Virus record (IMG/VR): IMGVR_UViG_3300026521_000003
Span: 124,001-188,000 of that record
DNA length: 64,000 bases
Reading direction: 5' to 3' (one strand)
The notes beneath the pieces were generated by a model that did no database searches, was not told the DNA's origin, and saw nothing but the letters and a program-made list of their open reading frames with translations. The position numbers and the translations under genes are program-made. Every line of letters begins with the position of its first letter. Positions within the stretch are counted from its first letter, which is position 1. This document shows, one piece after another, positions 33,001-42,500 of this stretch.

Positions 33001-33183
33001 ACGGGTCAATATCTAAGTAATCTTCATATCGCATTACAAATGCATGGTAAAGATTTTATGTCTAAAAGTGGATTATTACCATATGTATTAAATAAAAATC
33101 TTGATGCTGATATGGTTAAGAAAGTATCGGAAGCAGGAAATGAAATTAGAACAATGTTAAGTAATTTTGGTATTAAAGGTTAA
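30016..33183 (+). CDS. tandem MoxR-like AAA+ ATPase (two AAA modules) with N-terminal HTH
   Basis: HTH KKEIADELDITIPTLERYIK. Module 1: GDPGTGKT / ILFLDEYYR / VYASN / SPRRWE. Module 2: GEPGIGKT / LLLFDELTR / VGALN / SPREI. Confidence 0.85.
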   Translation: MNKLKSIILTEASLNDKITSRAKITYDALIAIILATDDGKITDKNKKEIADELDITIPTLERYIKQAVTNKFISSSGEVLDKYKKESTGKVKASGKVSQALNARVKKFKAPKVSSNNLFSEQVFKMLSLMDGQAAQAGVKNSLMLTGDPGTGKTSFIRNFAKLLGLPLIPIEAPHITEEHIINIPFMIIRGNKVKKENAIIETAGKANLDDKQEFDIVQAESNLVTKLKAMKNLKLKDQQHIASIASDKNLRPIYLNYKSLIDSIRDSYHCILFLDEYYRNDNMKIRNILRNILNGRIGNDKIPKGTFIVYASNMEDDGVEDIPMNNDFAEMEFKTPDREQWFKYILNKYEENSGNDYPGVKLQPEVFNKFYDVLEQSDLSYEDATAEVRNSPRRWEQILLYVNASLPVSNIKEARTLMSNLQVNFRNYTEETVSNLYPKFEKMVVGLIKETSGIEFDGRPTNQVDWKDTLQQQLEVKIKLDGQSDSEKEVRQYVPVVSGEPGIGKTAHMRTVADDLDLHFIHIDVSTLTRESTTGIPKASQATDIDGNPEFDQNGNPVMTTEFSKPELLDLIEKKMQEELAEDEMFPEDQRKKGKGKYRFLLLFDELTRADAQVFNAIRKLLLEKSFNEQYDLPKSIMTVGALNPVDNGAEELTKHMRDVLDIIPSRASWAKTESYLLSEERPVGLEEVMGFDLNTATVGALKGLLQQYQSKDEDWRGNPVSKEERLFNLRDGSNIIYISPREITDIVTMTNANIVNRLTKVGLKSFSNEVQSEEVDGMSDDEFMQLMMQQAENPDSVKEKIAQDKGIFNLRNRYSEEDYDVFIRAMINEFREAWASKLTFICKKMDIDAANVLSLTTGFISTNSVVYDQYEAIKTLVVDDVKNIEEMFDAYWDNPEELYDSPHFDNYLTVNFTAPQKFTQEITDYLSDKLVEIEQDTSTDMVTVESENGPVEIPKNIAKKMELFYKYILYTKSILKVLTDKSEYAGKVKEAQRTGQYLSNLHIALQMHGKDFMSKSGLLPYVLNKNLDADMVKKVSEAGNEIRTMLSNFGIKG

Positions 33184-33188
33184 ATGAA

Positions 33189-35378
33189 ATGAATTTTTTA
33201 GAAGATATAGAAAATCTAGCTTCAATATATTTAAATGAAGCGGGTTTGAATTATAAACATAAAAAAAAGGGTGAAACCCCCTTTGAAAAAACTGATGGGA
33301 CTGAATTTCATATTCAAACCATACTTGAAAAATTTGCAGAAGCTAATAAAATTACTAAGCAGGAAGCACAACAATATTTTGATTTAAAAAAACAAGAAGC
33401 TATAGATAATATGAAAAAATCTATGAAAATTAATGGTACTATGATTGATAATATTGGTGAGAGTATTGCATTTGAAATGTTGGAATCTATCGAAATAGAA
33501 GATATTAAATTTAATAAACGTACTTTCTTAGATTTATTTGAAAAGGTAAAATATGAAGTGCCAGAATTTTACCCTCTTTCAAATTCATTTGAACCTAGAC
33601 GAATAGAACCAAAAATTGTTTTTGTACCAGATCCATTGTCTCCAGAATATGCTAGTGTAGGTACAGCTGCATGTACACCAACTGCAACATTAATATTTAA
33701 TGTTCCTTTTTTAGAAAATCTTATGAAATTTTCAAATATAAAAGGTCTTAAAGCTAATCCAAATTTTTTACATGGTCAAAAGTATGTATCACAAGGTGGA
33801 GATATTCCTGATGAATATCTGTATTGTGAATTTGTTTTATTACATGAAATTATGCATTATGCTAATGGAGATTTCTTTTTTGAAAAAGCTTTCAATTTAA
33901 ATGGGAAATTAGTCAATTATGTCGGAGATTTCATAACTAATTATAATTTGGTTAAAAGTGGTTATGCTCAATTACCGATAGGTTTATTTAATGATGAAAT
34001 TAATTATGATCGTTATAATTCATATCAAGAAATGTACAATGTAGTTGAAGAAGAAATGAAACGATTATCTGATGAAGAAAAAGAAAAAATGATGGATCAG
34101 TTAGATCAATTAGGTGATGAAATGCCGGATGAGGGAGAAGGTGCAGATCCTGAAAATAAGAATGGACAACCTCAAGATGGACAACCTCAAGATGGACAAC
34201 CTCAAGATGGACAACCTCAAGATGGACAACCTCAAGATGGACAACCTCAAGATGGACAACCTCAAGATGGACAAAATGGTTCTGGAGATGGTGAAAAATC
34301 AGATGATAAACAAGATGGACAAAATGGTTCTGGAGATGGTGAAAAATCAGATGATAAACAAGATGGACAAAATGGTTCTGGAGATGGTGAAAAATCAAAA
34401 GAAGAGTTAGATAAAGAAGCTCAAGAAGCTGAAAAAAGAGCAAAAGAAAGAGAAGAGGCAGAAAATGAAGGTAAAACTTCTGGAACAGTTCCAAAAAGTA
34501 TTGATGATGCCATTAAACAAAATCAACAAATGCAACAAAAAGGTCAAGAAGACTTAGGACGAGAAACAAAACCCGGAATGAATAAAGATGGTATGCAACC
34601 CGGTGATATATCAAATATTATGAAAGGTAATAATAATGGAGGACCGTTAAGTGCTGATGGAAATCCATATGCTCTTCCTGAAAGACAATATAAACCAAAG
34701 TTAAATTGGAAACAAATGCTTAAGAAAATGATACCTAGTGGTACTGATAAAGACGAAACTTATACGAAACCATCGAGACGAACAACTTCATCGATGGTAT
34801 CTATAGCTCAAACAGGTTCTGGTGTTGTTAAACCAGGAATTAAAGAAAATCCTTCAGATAAGAAAGGTTTATGTTTTGTATTGGATGAATCTGGTTCTAC
34901 AATGGGTGCAATTGGTGAAATGAAATCAGCTATCCTAAAACTTATGGAGAAAAATGCAAAACAACTTAATGGTATTATGTATATTATTAAGTTTTCAAAT
35001 GATGTACATTTATTTAAAGTAGATGTTAAAAAGAAAAAATATGGTCGAGTAACAAATATCCAAGAGTTTATTAAAACTGGTAAATCGGATATTAAATGTA
35101 CTAAAAATGCATTGGAATTATTTAAATCTACTTATGGTGGTGGAACAAATTTAAATAGTAAAATTGCTAATATTGTTATTAAAATGAAAACACAATTAAA
35201 TTTTAATACTGTTATATTTAGTGATACAGATATAGCATATGGTGATAATGCTCAAACACTTAAACGTATGTATAAACAATTAGGACCAAAAGCATTTGCT
35301 TTAATAGGTACTGATCTTGAAGATTATAAAGCTTTTGTTAAACTTTTAGGCGACAAAAAAAATATTACTCACTTTTAA
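33189..35378 (+). CDS. HEXXH metallopeptidase-like + acidic repeat linker + vWA (MIDAS) protein (DUF2201-like)
   Basis: TAAC...LIFNVPF, FVLLHEIMH, D..TN, LNWKQML...TYTKPSRR, FVLDESGST, GGGT, VIFSDTD. Confidence 0.85.
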   Translation: MNFLEDIENLASIYLNEAGLNYKHKKKGETPFEKTDGTEFHIQTILEKFAEANKITKQEAQQYFDLKKQEAIDNMKKSMKINGTMIDNIGESIAFEMLESIEIEDIKFNKRTFLDLFEKVKYEVPEFYPLSNSFEPRRIEPKIVFVPDPLSPEYASVGTAACTPTATLIFNVPFLENLMKFSNIKGLKANPNFLHGQKYVSQGGDIPDEYLYCEFVLLHEIMHYANGDFFFEKAFNLNGKLVNYVGDFITNYNLVKSGYAQLPIGLFNDEINYDRYNSYQEMYNVVEEEMKRLSDEEKEKMMDQLDQLGDEMPDEGEGADPENKNGQPQDGQPQDGQPQDGQPQDGQPQDGQPQDGQPQDGQNGSGDGEKSDDKQDGQNGSGDGEKSDDKQDGQNGSGDGEKSKEELDKEAQEAEKRAKEREEAENEGKTSGTVPKSIDDAIKQNQQMQQKGQEDLGRETKPGMNKDGMQPGDISNIMKGNNNGGPLSADGNPYALPERQYKPKLNWKQMLKKMIPSGTDKDETYTKPSRRTTSSMVSIAQTGSGVVKPGIKENPSDKKGLCFVLDESGSTMGAIGEMKSAILKLMEKNAKQLNGIMYIIKFSNDVHLFKVDVKKKKYGRVTNIQEFIKTGKSDIKCTKNALELFKSTYGGGTNLNSKIANIVIKMKTQLNFNTVIFSDTDIAYGDNAQTLKRMYKQLGPKAFALIGTDLEDYKAFVKLLGDKKNITHF
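34164..34397 (+). repeat. coding tandem repeats: 7 x 15 bp (GQPQD), then ~2.7 x 48 bp (GQNGSGDGEKSDDKQD)
   Basis: Perfect ggacaacctcaagat units followed by perfect 48-bp units. Confidence 0.95.
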
Positions 35379-35407
35379 AATATGCTTTCTAGATAAGAAA
35401 GCATATT
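35379..35407 (+). terminator. intrinsic terminator-like hairpin
   Basis: aatatgctttct-agata-agaaagcatatt immediately after the vWA gene. Confidence 0.7.
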
Positions 35408-35456
35408 ATCCACGATATACACTTATCAGACTTTTTGTAAAATAGTTAATATTAAT

Positions 35457-35478
35457 TTAAGTATTAATTTAATATAAT
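35457..35478 (+). promoter_or_regulatory. TTAAG-N11-TATAAT host-sigma70-type promoter
   Basis: Same spacing recurs at 54497, 55915 and 58910. Confidence 0.6.
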
Positions 35479-35505
35479 AACTAAGAAAAGAAACAAGGAG
35501 TTTTA

Positions 35506-35814
35506 GTGGGTGCAATTTCAACACAAACAGAATCAAAAACAAAAACTAAAATCAAAAAACCTAGTAAATATGCTGTATATATATTGAATGATGATTATAC
35601 ACCATGGAATTTTGTAGTATCTACGCTTGTTAAAATATTTAATAAAAGTGAAGAAGAAGCAAATAATTTGACATCGAGTGTTCATAATTCTGGTGAAGGT
35701 TTATGTGGTATTTATACTAAAGAAATAGCAGAATCTAAGGTTGCAGCATCTACTGAATATGCTAAAATTAATAAACAACCTCTTAGAACAACAATGCGTA
35801 TTGTTGAAGATTAA
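35506..35814 (+). CDS. clpS: ATP-dependent Clp protease adaptor ClpS
   Basis: PSKYAVYILNDDYTPWNFVV...VHNSGEGLCGIYTKEIAESKV...PLR; directly upstream of clpA. Confidence 0.95.
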   Translation: MGAISTQTESKTKTKIKKPSKYAVYILNDDYTPWNFVVSTLVKIFNKSEEEANNLTSSVHNSGEGLCGIYTKEIAESKVAASTEYAKINKQPLRTTMRIVED

Positions 35815-35828
35815 AAAGGAAAAAATCA

Positions 35829-38132
35829 ATGATTAAATTATTAAGTGAAGAAGTAGAAAATATTATTAATGTTGCATGGGAAGATGCCGCTAAACGTAAA
35901 CAGGAATATTTATTATTAGAAAATATTTTATTTAGTGCATTGGATAATAAAGAAGTTCAAGATATTATGCATGATTTGGATGTTGAATGGAAAGATTTAA
36001 AAGCTAAATTGGATTCTTTTTTAGAAACAGAAATTGAAAAAGTTGACAATGTACAACATCCTAAGCAAACGATAATGTTTAAGAAGATTCTTCAGCATTT
36101 GATATTTCATTCTCAAAATAGTGGTAAGATTGCTCAAGTCGAAGACCTACTTATTGCGATGTTTAATGAGCCAGAAACTACAGCCGTTTATCTTATGAGT
36201 GAATTCGGTATTGATGAATATGCTCTTAAAGAATTAGCAACAGAAATTCGTCATCCTGAAGATATGGATGAAGATGACGAAGATGAAGATGTAGTTCAAC
36301 CACGTAATAGTAGATCTAAGAAGAAAAAGAAATCTGCATTAGAACAATATGCTATGAATATTACGGATATGGCAAAAGAAGGTAAAATCGACCCTGTTAT
36401 TGGGAGAGATGAAGAGACAGATAGGGTTATTCAAATTCTTTGTAGAAAAAAGAAAAATAATCCACTACTTGTCGGTGAAGCTGGTGTTGGTAAAACAGCA
36501 TGTGTTGAAAAATTAGCATTAGATATTGTGAATGATGATGTCCCTTCTCAAATAAAAGATTGGCAAATTTTTTCTATAGACATTACCGCTATGATTGCAG
36601 GAGCTAAATTTAGAGGTGATTTTGAAAAGAGATTACAAGATATTTTAACTGAGTTAGAAGAAAAAGATAAATGTATTGCATTTTTTGATGAATTCCATAC
36701 AATGTTTGGTCTTGGAGCTAATAGTTCAAATCAATTAGATGCTACTAATATTCTTAAACCTGCTATGATGAATGGTAAAATTAAAATCATGGGTGCTACA
36801 ACATATGAAGAAGCTAAGAATACTGTTGATAAAAATAAACCTATGGCTAGAAGATTTCAAAAAGTAGATATTTTAGAACCTGATGAGGAAACAACATTTA
36901 AAATTTTAAAAGGTTTAAAAAATACATTTGAAGAATATCATAATGTTAGTTACTCTGATAAGATTTTAAAACAGATAGTTTCATTAAGTGGTAAACATTT
37001 AGTAGACAATCATTTTCCAGATAAAGCGATAGATATTGTTGATGAAGTCGGCTCTGTTATAAAATTAGCTACTCAAACAGAAGAAAGAGTTGCAATCAAA
37101 GAAAAAGATATTACTGATTTAATTTCAAGTAAAGCAAGAGTACCAGTAACTATTGAAGATGGTGATGATAAATTAGGATTAGAAAATCTTGAAACTAATA
37201 TCAAAGCTAAATTATATGGTCAGGATCATGCTGTATCAGAAATAGCCGAAAAAGTTATGTTAGCAAGAGCAGGATTAAATGAACCAGGGAAACCTATGGG
37301 AGCATTTATGCTTGCTGGTCCAAGTGGTGTAGGTAAAACAGAATTAGCAAGACAGTTGTCTGAACAATTAGGAAACCTTAAACTACTGCGTTATGATATG
37401 TCTGAATTTATGGAAGAAACTGGTGTAGCTAAACTTACAGGATCTGCTCAAGGGTATGTAGGATATGAAGAAGGAGGAAGATTGATTAATGATATTAAAA
37501 AGCATCCTCATTCTATTCTTTTATTGGATGAATTTGAAAAATCACATCCAAAAATTCAGAATACATTCCTTCAAATTTTAGAAGAAGCAGAATTATCTAG
37601 TTCTGATGGTACAAAAGCCGATTTTAGAAATGTATTTATTTTATTCACTACTAATGCGGGAAGTAAAGTTAGTAAAACTGTTGGTTTTGGTGGTAATGCA
37701 GGTAAATCAAAATCTATAGCAGCTATTGAAAAAGCATTTTCTCCTGAATTTAGAAATAGATTAGATGGTGTAATTCAATTCAATCCATTGGGTGATGAAC
37801 AAGTATTTAAAGTAGCTGAAAAAATACTTAATGAGATAAGAGATCAACTTAAAACTAAAAATGTACAACTTACAGTTACAAAATCAGCAAAACAAGTTAT
37901 GGCTGATAAAGGCTTTGATCCAACTATGGGTGCTCGTCCTATGAAGAGAGTTATTCAAGATCTTATTAAGAAACCAGTAGCAAAAGAAATAGTATTAGGT
38001 AAATTAAAAGATGGTGGTCGAGTTAAGGTTGATACTGATAAAGATGGTGAAATCATTTTAAAATTTACATCTCAAGAAGAATTAAATGTTAAAAAAGATA
38101 AAAAAGAGATTGTTTCTGATAAGGTGGAATAA
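35829..38132 (+). CDS. clpA: ClpA AAA+ unfoldase
   Basis: DPVIGRD, KKKNNPLLVGEAGVGKT, AGAKFRGDFEKRL, FPDKAID, GPSGVGKTELA, DMSEFME, GYVGYEEGG, VGF loop, FSPEFRNRLD, GARPM; no M domain. Confidence 0.95.
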   Translation: MIKLLSEEVENIINVAWEDAAKRKQEYLLLENILFSALDNKEVQDIMHDLDVEWKDLKAKLDSFLETEIEKVDNVQHPKQTIMFKKILQHLIFHSQNSGKIAQVEDLLIAMFNEPETTAVYLMSEFGIDEYALKELATEIRHPEDMDEDDEDEDVVQPRNSRSKKKKKSALEQYAMNITDMAKEGKIDPVIGRDEETDRVIQILCRKKKNNPLLVGEAGVGKTACVEKLALDIVNDDVPSQIKDWQIFSIDITAMIAGAKFRGDFEKRLQDILTELEEKDKCIAFFDEFHTMFGLGANSSNQLDATNILKPAMMNGKIKIMGATTYEEAKNTVDKNKPMARRFQKVDILEPDEETTFKILKGLKNTFEEYHNVSYSDKILKQIVSLSGKHLVDNHFPDKAIDIVDEVGSVIKLATQTEERVAIKEKDITDLISSKARVPVTIEDGDDKLGLENLETNIKAKLYGQDHAVSEIAEKVMLARAGLNEPGKPMGAFMLAGPSGVGKTELARQLSEQLGNLKLLRYDMSEFMEETGVAKLTGSAQGYVGYEEGGRLINDIKKHPHSILLLDEFEKSHPKIQNTFLQILEEAELSSSDGTKADFRNVFILFTTNAGSKVSKTVGFGGNAGKSKSIAAIEKAFSPEFRNRLDGVIQFNPLGDEQVFKVAEKILNEIRDQLKTKNVQLTVTKSAKQVMADKGFDPTMGARPMKRVIQDLIKKPVAKEIVLGKLKDGGRVKVDTDKDGEIILKFTSQEELNVKKDKKEIVSDKVE

Positions 38133-38135
38133 ATT

Positions 38136-38441
38136 ATGCCATATTTAATTTTAATAATGATTGGACTGATAATCTTATGGTTATTGATTGGGTTTTCATT
38201 AAAGAGAAAAAAAGAAGTTACGTTCTCTGACGAATTTTATGATCAGGTTGATTATTTTAAGCTTGATGGTAATGAGGTTGTTGCTGTTATGATTAACAAT
38301 GATAAAAAAATAGTATATAATAGTCGACGATCGAGTGCTGCTCAAGAATATTTTGATTCTATTCAAGAAAACTATAAGAAATGGTTGAGTAAAAATTCTA
38401 AATCTAAAGATAATTTAGATGGTGTAGTAAAATTTAGTTAG
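38136..38441 (+). CDS. small membrane-anchored protein
   Basis: N-terminal hydrophobic helix followed by KRKK. Confidence 0.65.
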   Translation: MPYLILIMIGLIILWLLIGFSLKRKKEVTFSDEFYDQVDYFKLDGNEVVAVMINNDKKIVYNSRRSSAAQEYFDSIQENYKKWLSKNSKSKDNLDGVVKFS

Positions 38442-38445
38442 GTTT

Positions 38446-38470
38446 TGATAGTGGATTAACTCCACTATCA
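38446..38470. terminator. bidirectional terminator
   Basis: tgatagtgga-ttaac-tccactatca between convergent genes. Confidence 0.75.
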
Positions 38471-38476
38471 GAGAAA

Positions 38477-38920
38477 TTACATATCTTCTTCAGTTTCTGC
38501 AAACTCAGAAATACCTTCAATATCAGCTAATGCTTTCTTTAGGAAATTCTTTTTATTTCCGGCAGCTCTTAAAAGTTTATCTTTTCCACCATGTGCTTTA
38601 ACTAATAATTCCATATAATCAATAGTTTCTTTAGTTAAATTACCTTTTAATAATTTTCTAAATGCCATAATATCACCACTCATAAATGCACTAATAATTT
38701 GATTTCTAGCTTCAACAACTTTATCATCTTTTAAGTTACTTAATGCTTTTTTAGCTTGCATTTTTGAAACTTTACCTTTACCAGTAATTACTTTGAATGC
38801 TTTACTTCTATCTTTTTTATATTTTGTTGCGATTTTTTCTTTTGATGCTTCACTTAAAACTTCATCAGTCTCAACAGTATTTAACTTTTCAACTTCATTT
38901 AGAATGTCCATTAATTTCAT
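38477..38920 (-). CDS. basic late protein, putative head-internal protein
   Basis: TATAAATA on the minus strand at 38954-61; leader MKLMDILNE...VLSE|A; Lys-rich body. Confidence 0.65.
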   Translation of the reverse strand: MKLMDILNEVEKLNTVETDEVLSEASKEKIATKYKKDRSKAFKVITGKGKVSKMQAKKALSNLKDDKVVEARNQIISAFMSGDIMAFRKLLKGNLTKETIDYMELLVKAHGGKDKLLRAAGNKKNFLKKALADIEGISEFAETEEDM

Positions 38921-39036
38921 ATTCTAACTCCTATTAGGTATTATAATTTATTTTATTTATACTAAAAATTAAATTTAATATAGTTATTTGATGCAAAACT
39001 ATAAAAAAATATAAATAAAAGAAAAAAGGAGGAATC

Positions 39037-39432
39037 ATGCAATCATTAACATTTGAAATGATAGGAGCAAGACCACCGGTAGAACTACTAGATAGTGAAG
39101 AAGTTAGAGTACGTTTAAATAATATTGGGTATTTAGATCCATCTATTATTATACGTACGGATAATACTGTTGCTTTAAATATTGATAAAAATGTTTATAC
39201 TATAACATCAAATTTGATTTTAGATTCCGAACAATTATTAGTTAATGGATCAACGATTTTATTGAGTAAAGATAATTTTGGTATTCAAGAATTATTAGTA
39301 AATGTAGAAACAAGTGCCGATCCAGGTTATATTGAAGTTATAAACTATGTATCTGATAATAAAATAATTACCTTAGATACGGATGAATATGATGGTAAAG
39401 AAGTTTTTATAAAATATTTAACGATTCGATAA
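39037..39432 (+). CDS. late virion-associated hypothetical protein
   Basis: TATAAATA at 39010-17 and GGAGG RBS. Confidence 0.6.
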   Translation: MQSLTFEMIGARPPVELLDSEEVRVRLNNIGYLDPSIIIRTDNTVALNIDKNVYTITSNLILDSEQLLVNGSTILLSKDNFGIQELLVNVETSADPGYIEVINYVSDNKIITLDTDEYDGKEVFIKYLTIR

Positions 39433-39536
39433 AAAATACTTAATACCCCAAAAAAATTAATATATTGATATAAATATAAAGTGAGGAGAGATTATCTCCA
39501 ACAAACTTTATAATTAAAAACACACGGGGGTTTTAC

Positions 39537-42500
39537 ATGACACATTTTATTCAATTGCCTAACAAAACGGTTTCTTTATTAGACCAAGAGTTGGCATTAA
39601 AAAATGGAAATATTGCGTTTGAATTTGGTGGTACTGAAAAAGTACTTGTTACTGAAGAAGCACTACAAACAGCAATAGCAGGGATGTCTGCACCGATTAC
39701 TGTTGCAACTAAAGCCGATTTAGATGCATTGACAAATAATGATGTAATGACACATCAGAGAATTTTTGTACAAGATGATGGTGATGGTAAATGGGCATAC
39801 TATATGATTACAGATGTTACAGGAACAGTCCCAGCATATATTAAGGTATCTGACGAAGATATTTTTGGGGCTTTATTTTCTGATGATGTAACAGCACAAA
39901 TATCTAAAATCGGAGATTTAGCTAATTTAAATACTGGTATTTCTGTTAATTTGACAGATCCTACAACAATTATTGAAGCTATTAACGAAGTTTATGCTCA
40001 ACATTTAGCTCTTAACACAAGAGTTGGTGATAATGCTGATTTAACTACTACTGAAAAGGGTACTATTGTAGGTGCTATCAATGAATTGGTTGTAAATATC
40101 TCTTCTAATGATGGTGATATTTTAACAATCCAAAACAATATTGGTGATTTAACTACTATCAACTTAACAGAAGCTGTTGATAAAGCTTCAATCGTTGCGG
40201 CAATCAACAAGGTTATTGCAGTTCAAAATACTAAATTAGATGCAGAAGATGTTGTTCCTATCATAGTTTCATATACAGGTCTTTTAACTGAATTAACAAC
40301 AACTAACCAAAATTCTTTAGTAGAAGCAATTAATGAAATTGTTGCTGATGTTCAAGCTAATGAAGATGCTACAATTGCTGTTACTGGTGATTTAGCTAAT
40401 TTAGTTACTACTGATAAAACTAATTTAGTTGCTGCAATTAATGAGGTTCAAGGAAATGTTGTTACTGAAACTAATAGAGCTACTGGAGCTGAAGCTACAT
40501 TACAATCTAATATTGATGCTGAGGTTGCTAGAGCAACAACTGCTGAAAATACATTACAAACTAATTTAGATACTGAAGCTGCTACAAGAGCTGCTAATGA
40601 TGGTGATTTAACTACTTTAACTACTGATGTTAAATCTAATTTAGTTAATGCTATTAATGAAGTTGATGCTAATACTGATGCAGAGGCTGCAAGAGCAATA
40701 GCTGCTGAAACACAATTAACAACTGATTTAAATAATGAAGTAACTGCAAGAACTGCTGCTGATACTGCGATTCAAGCTGAGTTAGATGCTACACAAGTTG
40801 CTGCTGGATTGGGTGAAGATGGAAGTTATACAGCTGATGCTACAACAAATTATATAGCGACTGCAACAACTTTAACTGGAGCTGATAAATTATTAGATGC
40901 ACAAACTAAAGTAAATGCTGATGCAATCGCTGCTGAAACTACAAGAGCGACAACTGCTGAAACTACATTACAATCAAATATTGATACTGTATCTGCAGAC
41001 TTAGCTACAGAAACAACCGATAGAATAACAGCTGATAATGCTTTAAGTGATAGAATCGATTCATTAGAATCTGATGTAGATGGCGCAACAGGTGATTTAG
41101 CCGATTTAACTACTGATGCAAAAGACACTTTAGTTGATGCAATCAATGAAGTTGATGCACATGCTGATAAAAATGCGGCTGATTTAGCTACTGAAACTAC
41201 AAGAGCCACTGCTGCTGAAACAACTCTTCAAACTAACTTAGATAATGAAACTGCTAGAGCACAAGCTGCTGAAGCAACTTTAACAACTGATTTAGCAAAT
41301 GAAGTAACTAGAGCAACAGCTGCTGAACAAGCTAATACTGATGCGATTACTACTGAAACTACAAGAGCCACTGCTGCTGAAACAACTCTTCAAACTAACT
41401 TAGATAATGAAACTGCTAGAGCACAAGCTGCTGAAGCTAATTTACAATCTAATATTGATGCTGAAGCTGCTACTAGAGCAACTAATGATGGTTCATTAAC
41501 ATTCGATGAAAGTTTAAATACTACTACTACTGTTGAAAATGAAGATGGTACAACTTCTGAAGTTGTAACAACTCCAAGTGATTTAACTGATGCTATTAAT
41601 AAAGAAAATGCTAGAGCTAAAACTGTTGAAGCTGCTATTCAAGCTGATGTTGATGCTAATGAAGCTGCTATAACAGCAACTACTGATACATTAAGAAGTG
41701 ATTTAGATGCTGAAATTGCTAGAGCTACTACTGCTGAGCAAACTTTAGATACTAAAATTGATACAGCTGTTTCTAACTTAGTTGATGGTGCTCCAGAATT
41801 ATTAGATACTTTAAATGAACTGGCTCAAGCAATCAACAATGACGAAAATTTCTCTGTAACTGTTGCTAATGATATAGCTAACGCTAAATCTGAGTTAAGA
41901 GGTGCTGCATCTGAAGCTATGGATACAATGAAAGAAATTGAAGATGCTTTCAATGCTGAAAAAGCTGCAAGAGATGCAAGAGATGCTGAACAAGAACAAG
42001 CACTTACTGATGAAGTAACTAGAGCAACAACAGCAGAAGCTACATTACAAGCTAATATCGATGATTTAGCAGCAGAAGTAGAAAGTGGTAATGATGGATT
42101 ACAAACTGAAGTAGATGCTATTGAAAGTAATGTTGGGTTAAACGCTGATGGTTCTTATACTGCAGATACAGCAACAAATTATATTGGTACTGCTTATTCA
42201 GTAAGAAATGAAACTAAATTATTAGATACACAAGTTAAAGCTAATGCTGATGCAATTACTGCTGAAACTACAAGAGCTACTGATGCTGAAGCAACTTTAA
42301 CAAATGATTTAGCAAATGAAGTTACAAGAGCAACTACTGCTGAAACTACATTACAATCAAACATTGATACTGTTAGCGCAAATTTAGCTACTGAAACTAC
42401 TGCTAGAACGGATGCAGATACAGTTCTTCAAACTAATATTGATTCTGAAGCTGCTACTAGATTAGCTGCTGATAATGCATTAGATGCTAGAATTACTACT

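Noticed and set aside
34164-34397. Possible CRISPR array or non-coding repeat
   Set aside because: Units are contiguous with no unique spacers, are multiples of 3, and lie in frame within the vWA gene
34000-34494. Alternative-frame ORFs 34000..34494(-) and 34114..34410(+)
   Set aside because: Shadow ORFs produced by the stop-free tandem repeat
35506-38132. Host chromosomal contamination or prophage boundary at clpS-clpA
   Set aside because: Composition and promoter motifs match the flanking phage genes; no integrase, att-like site or other host operon context
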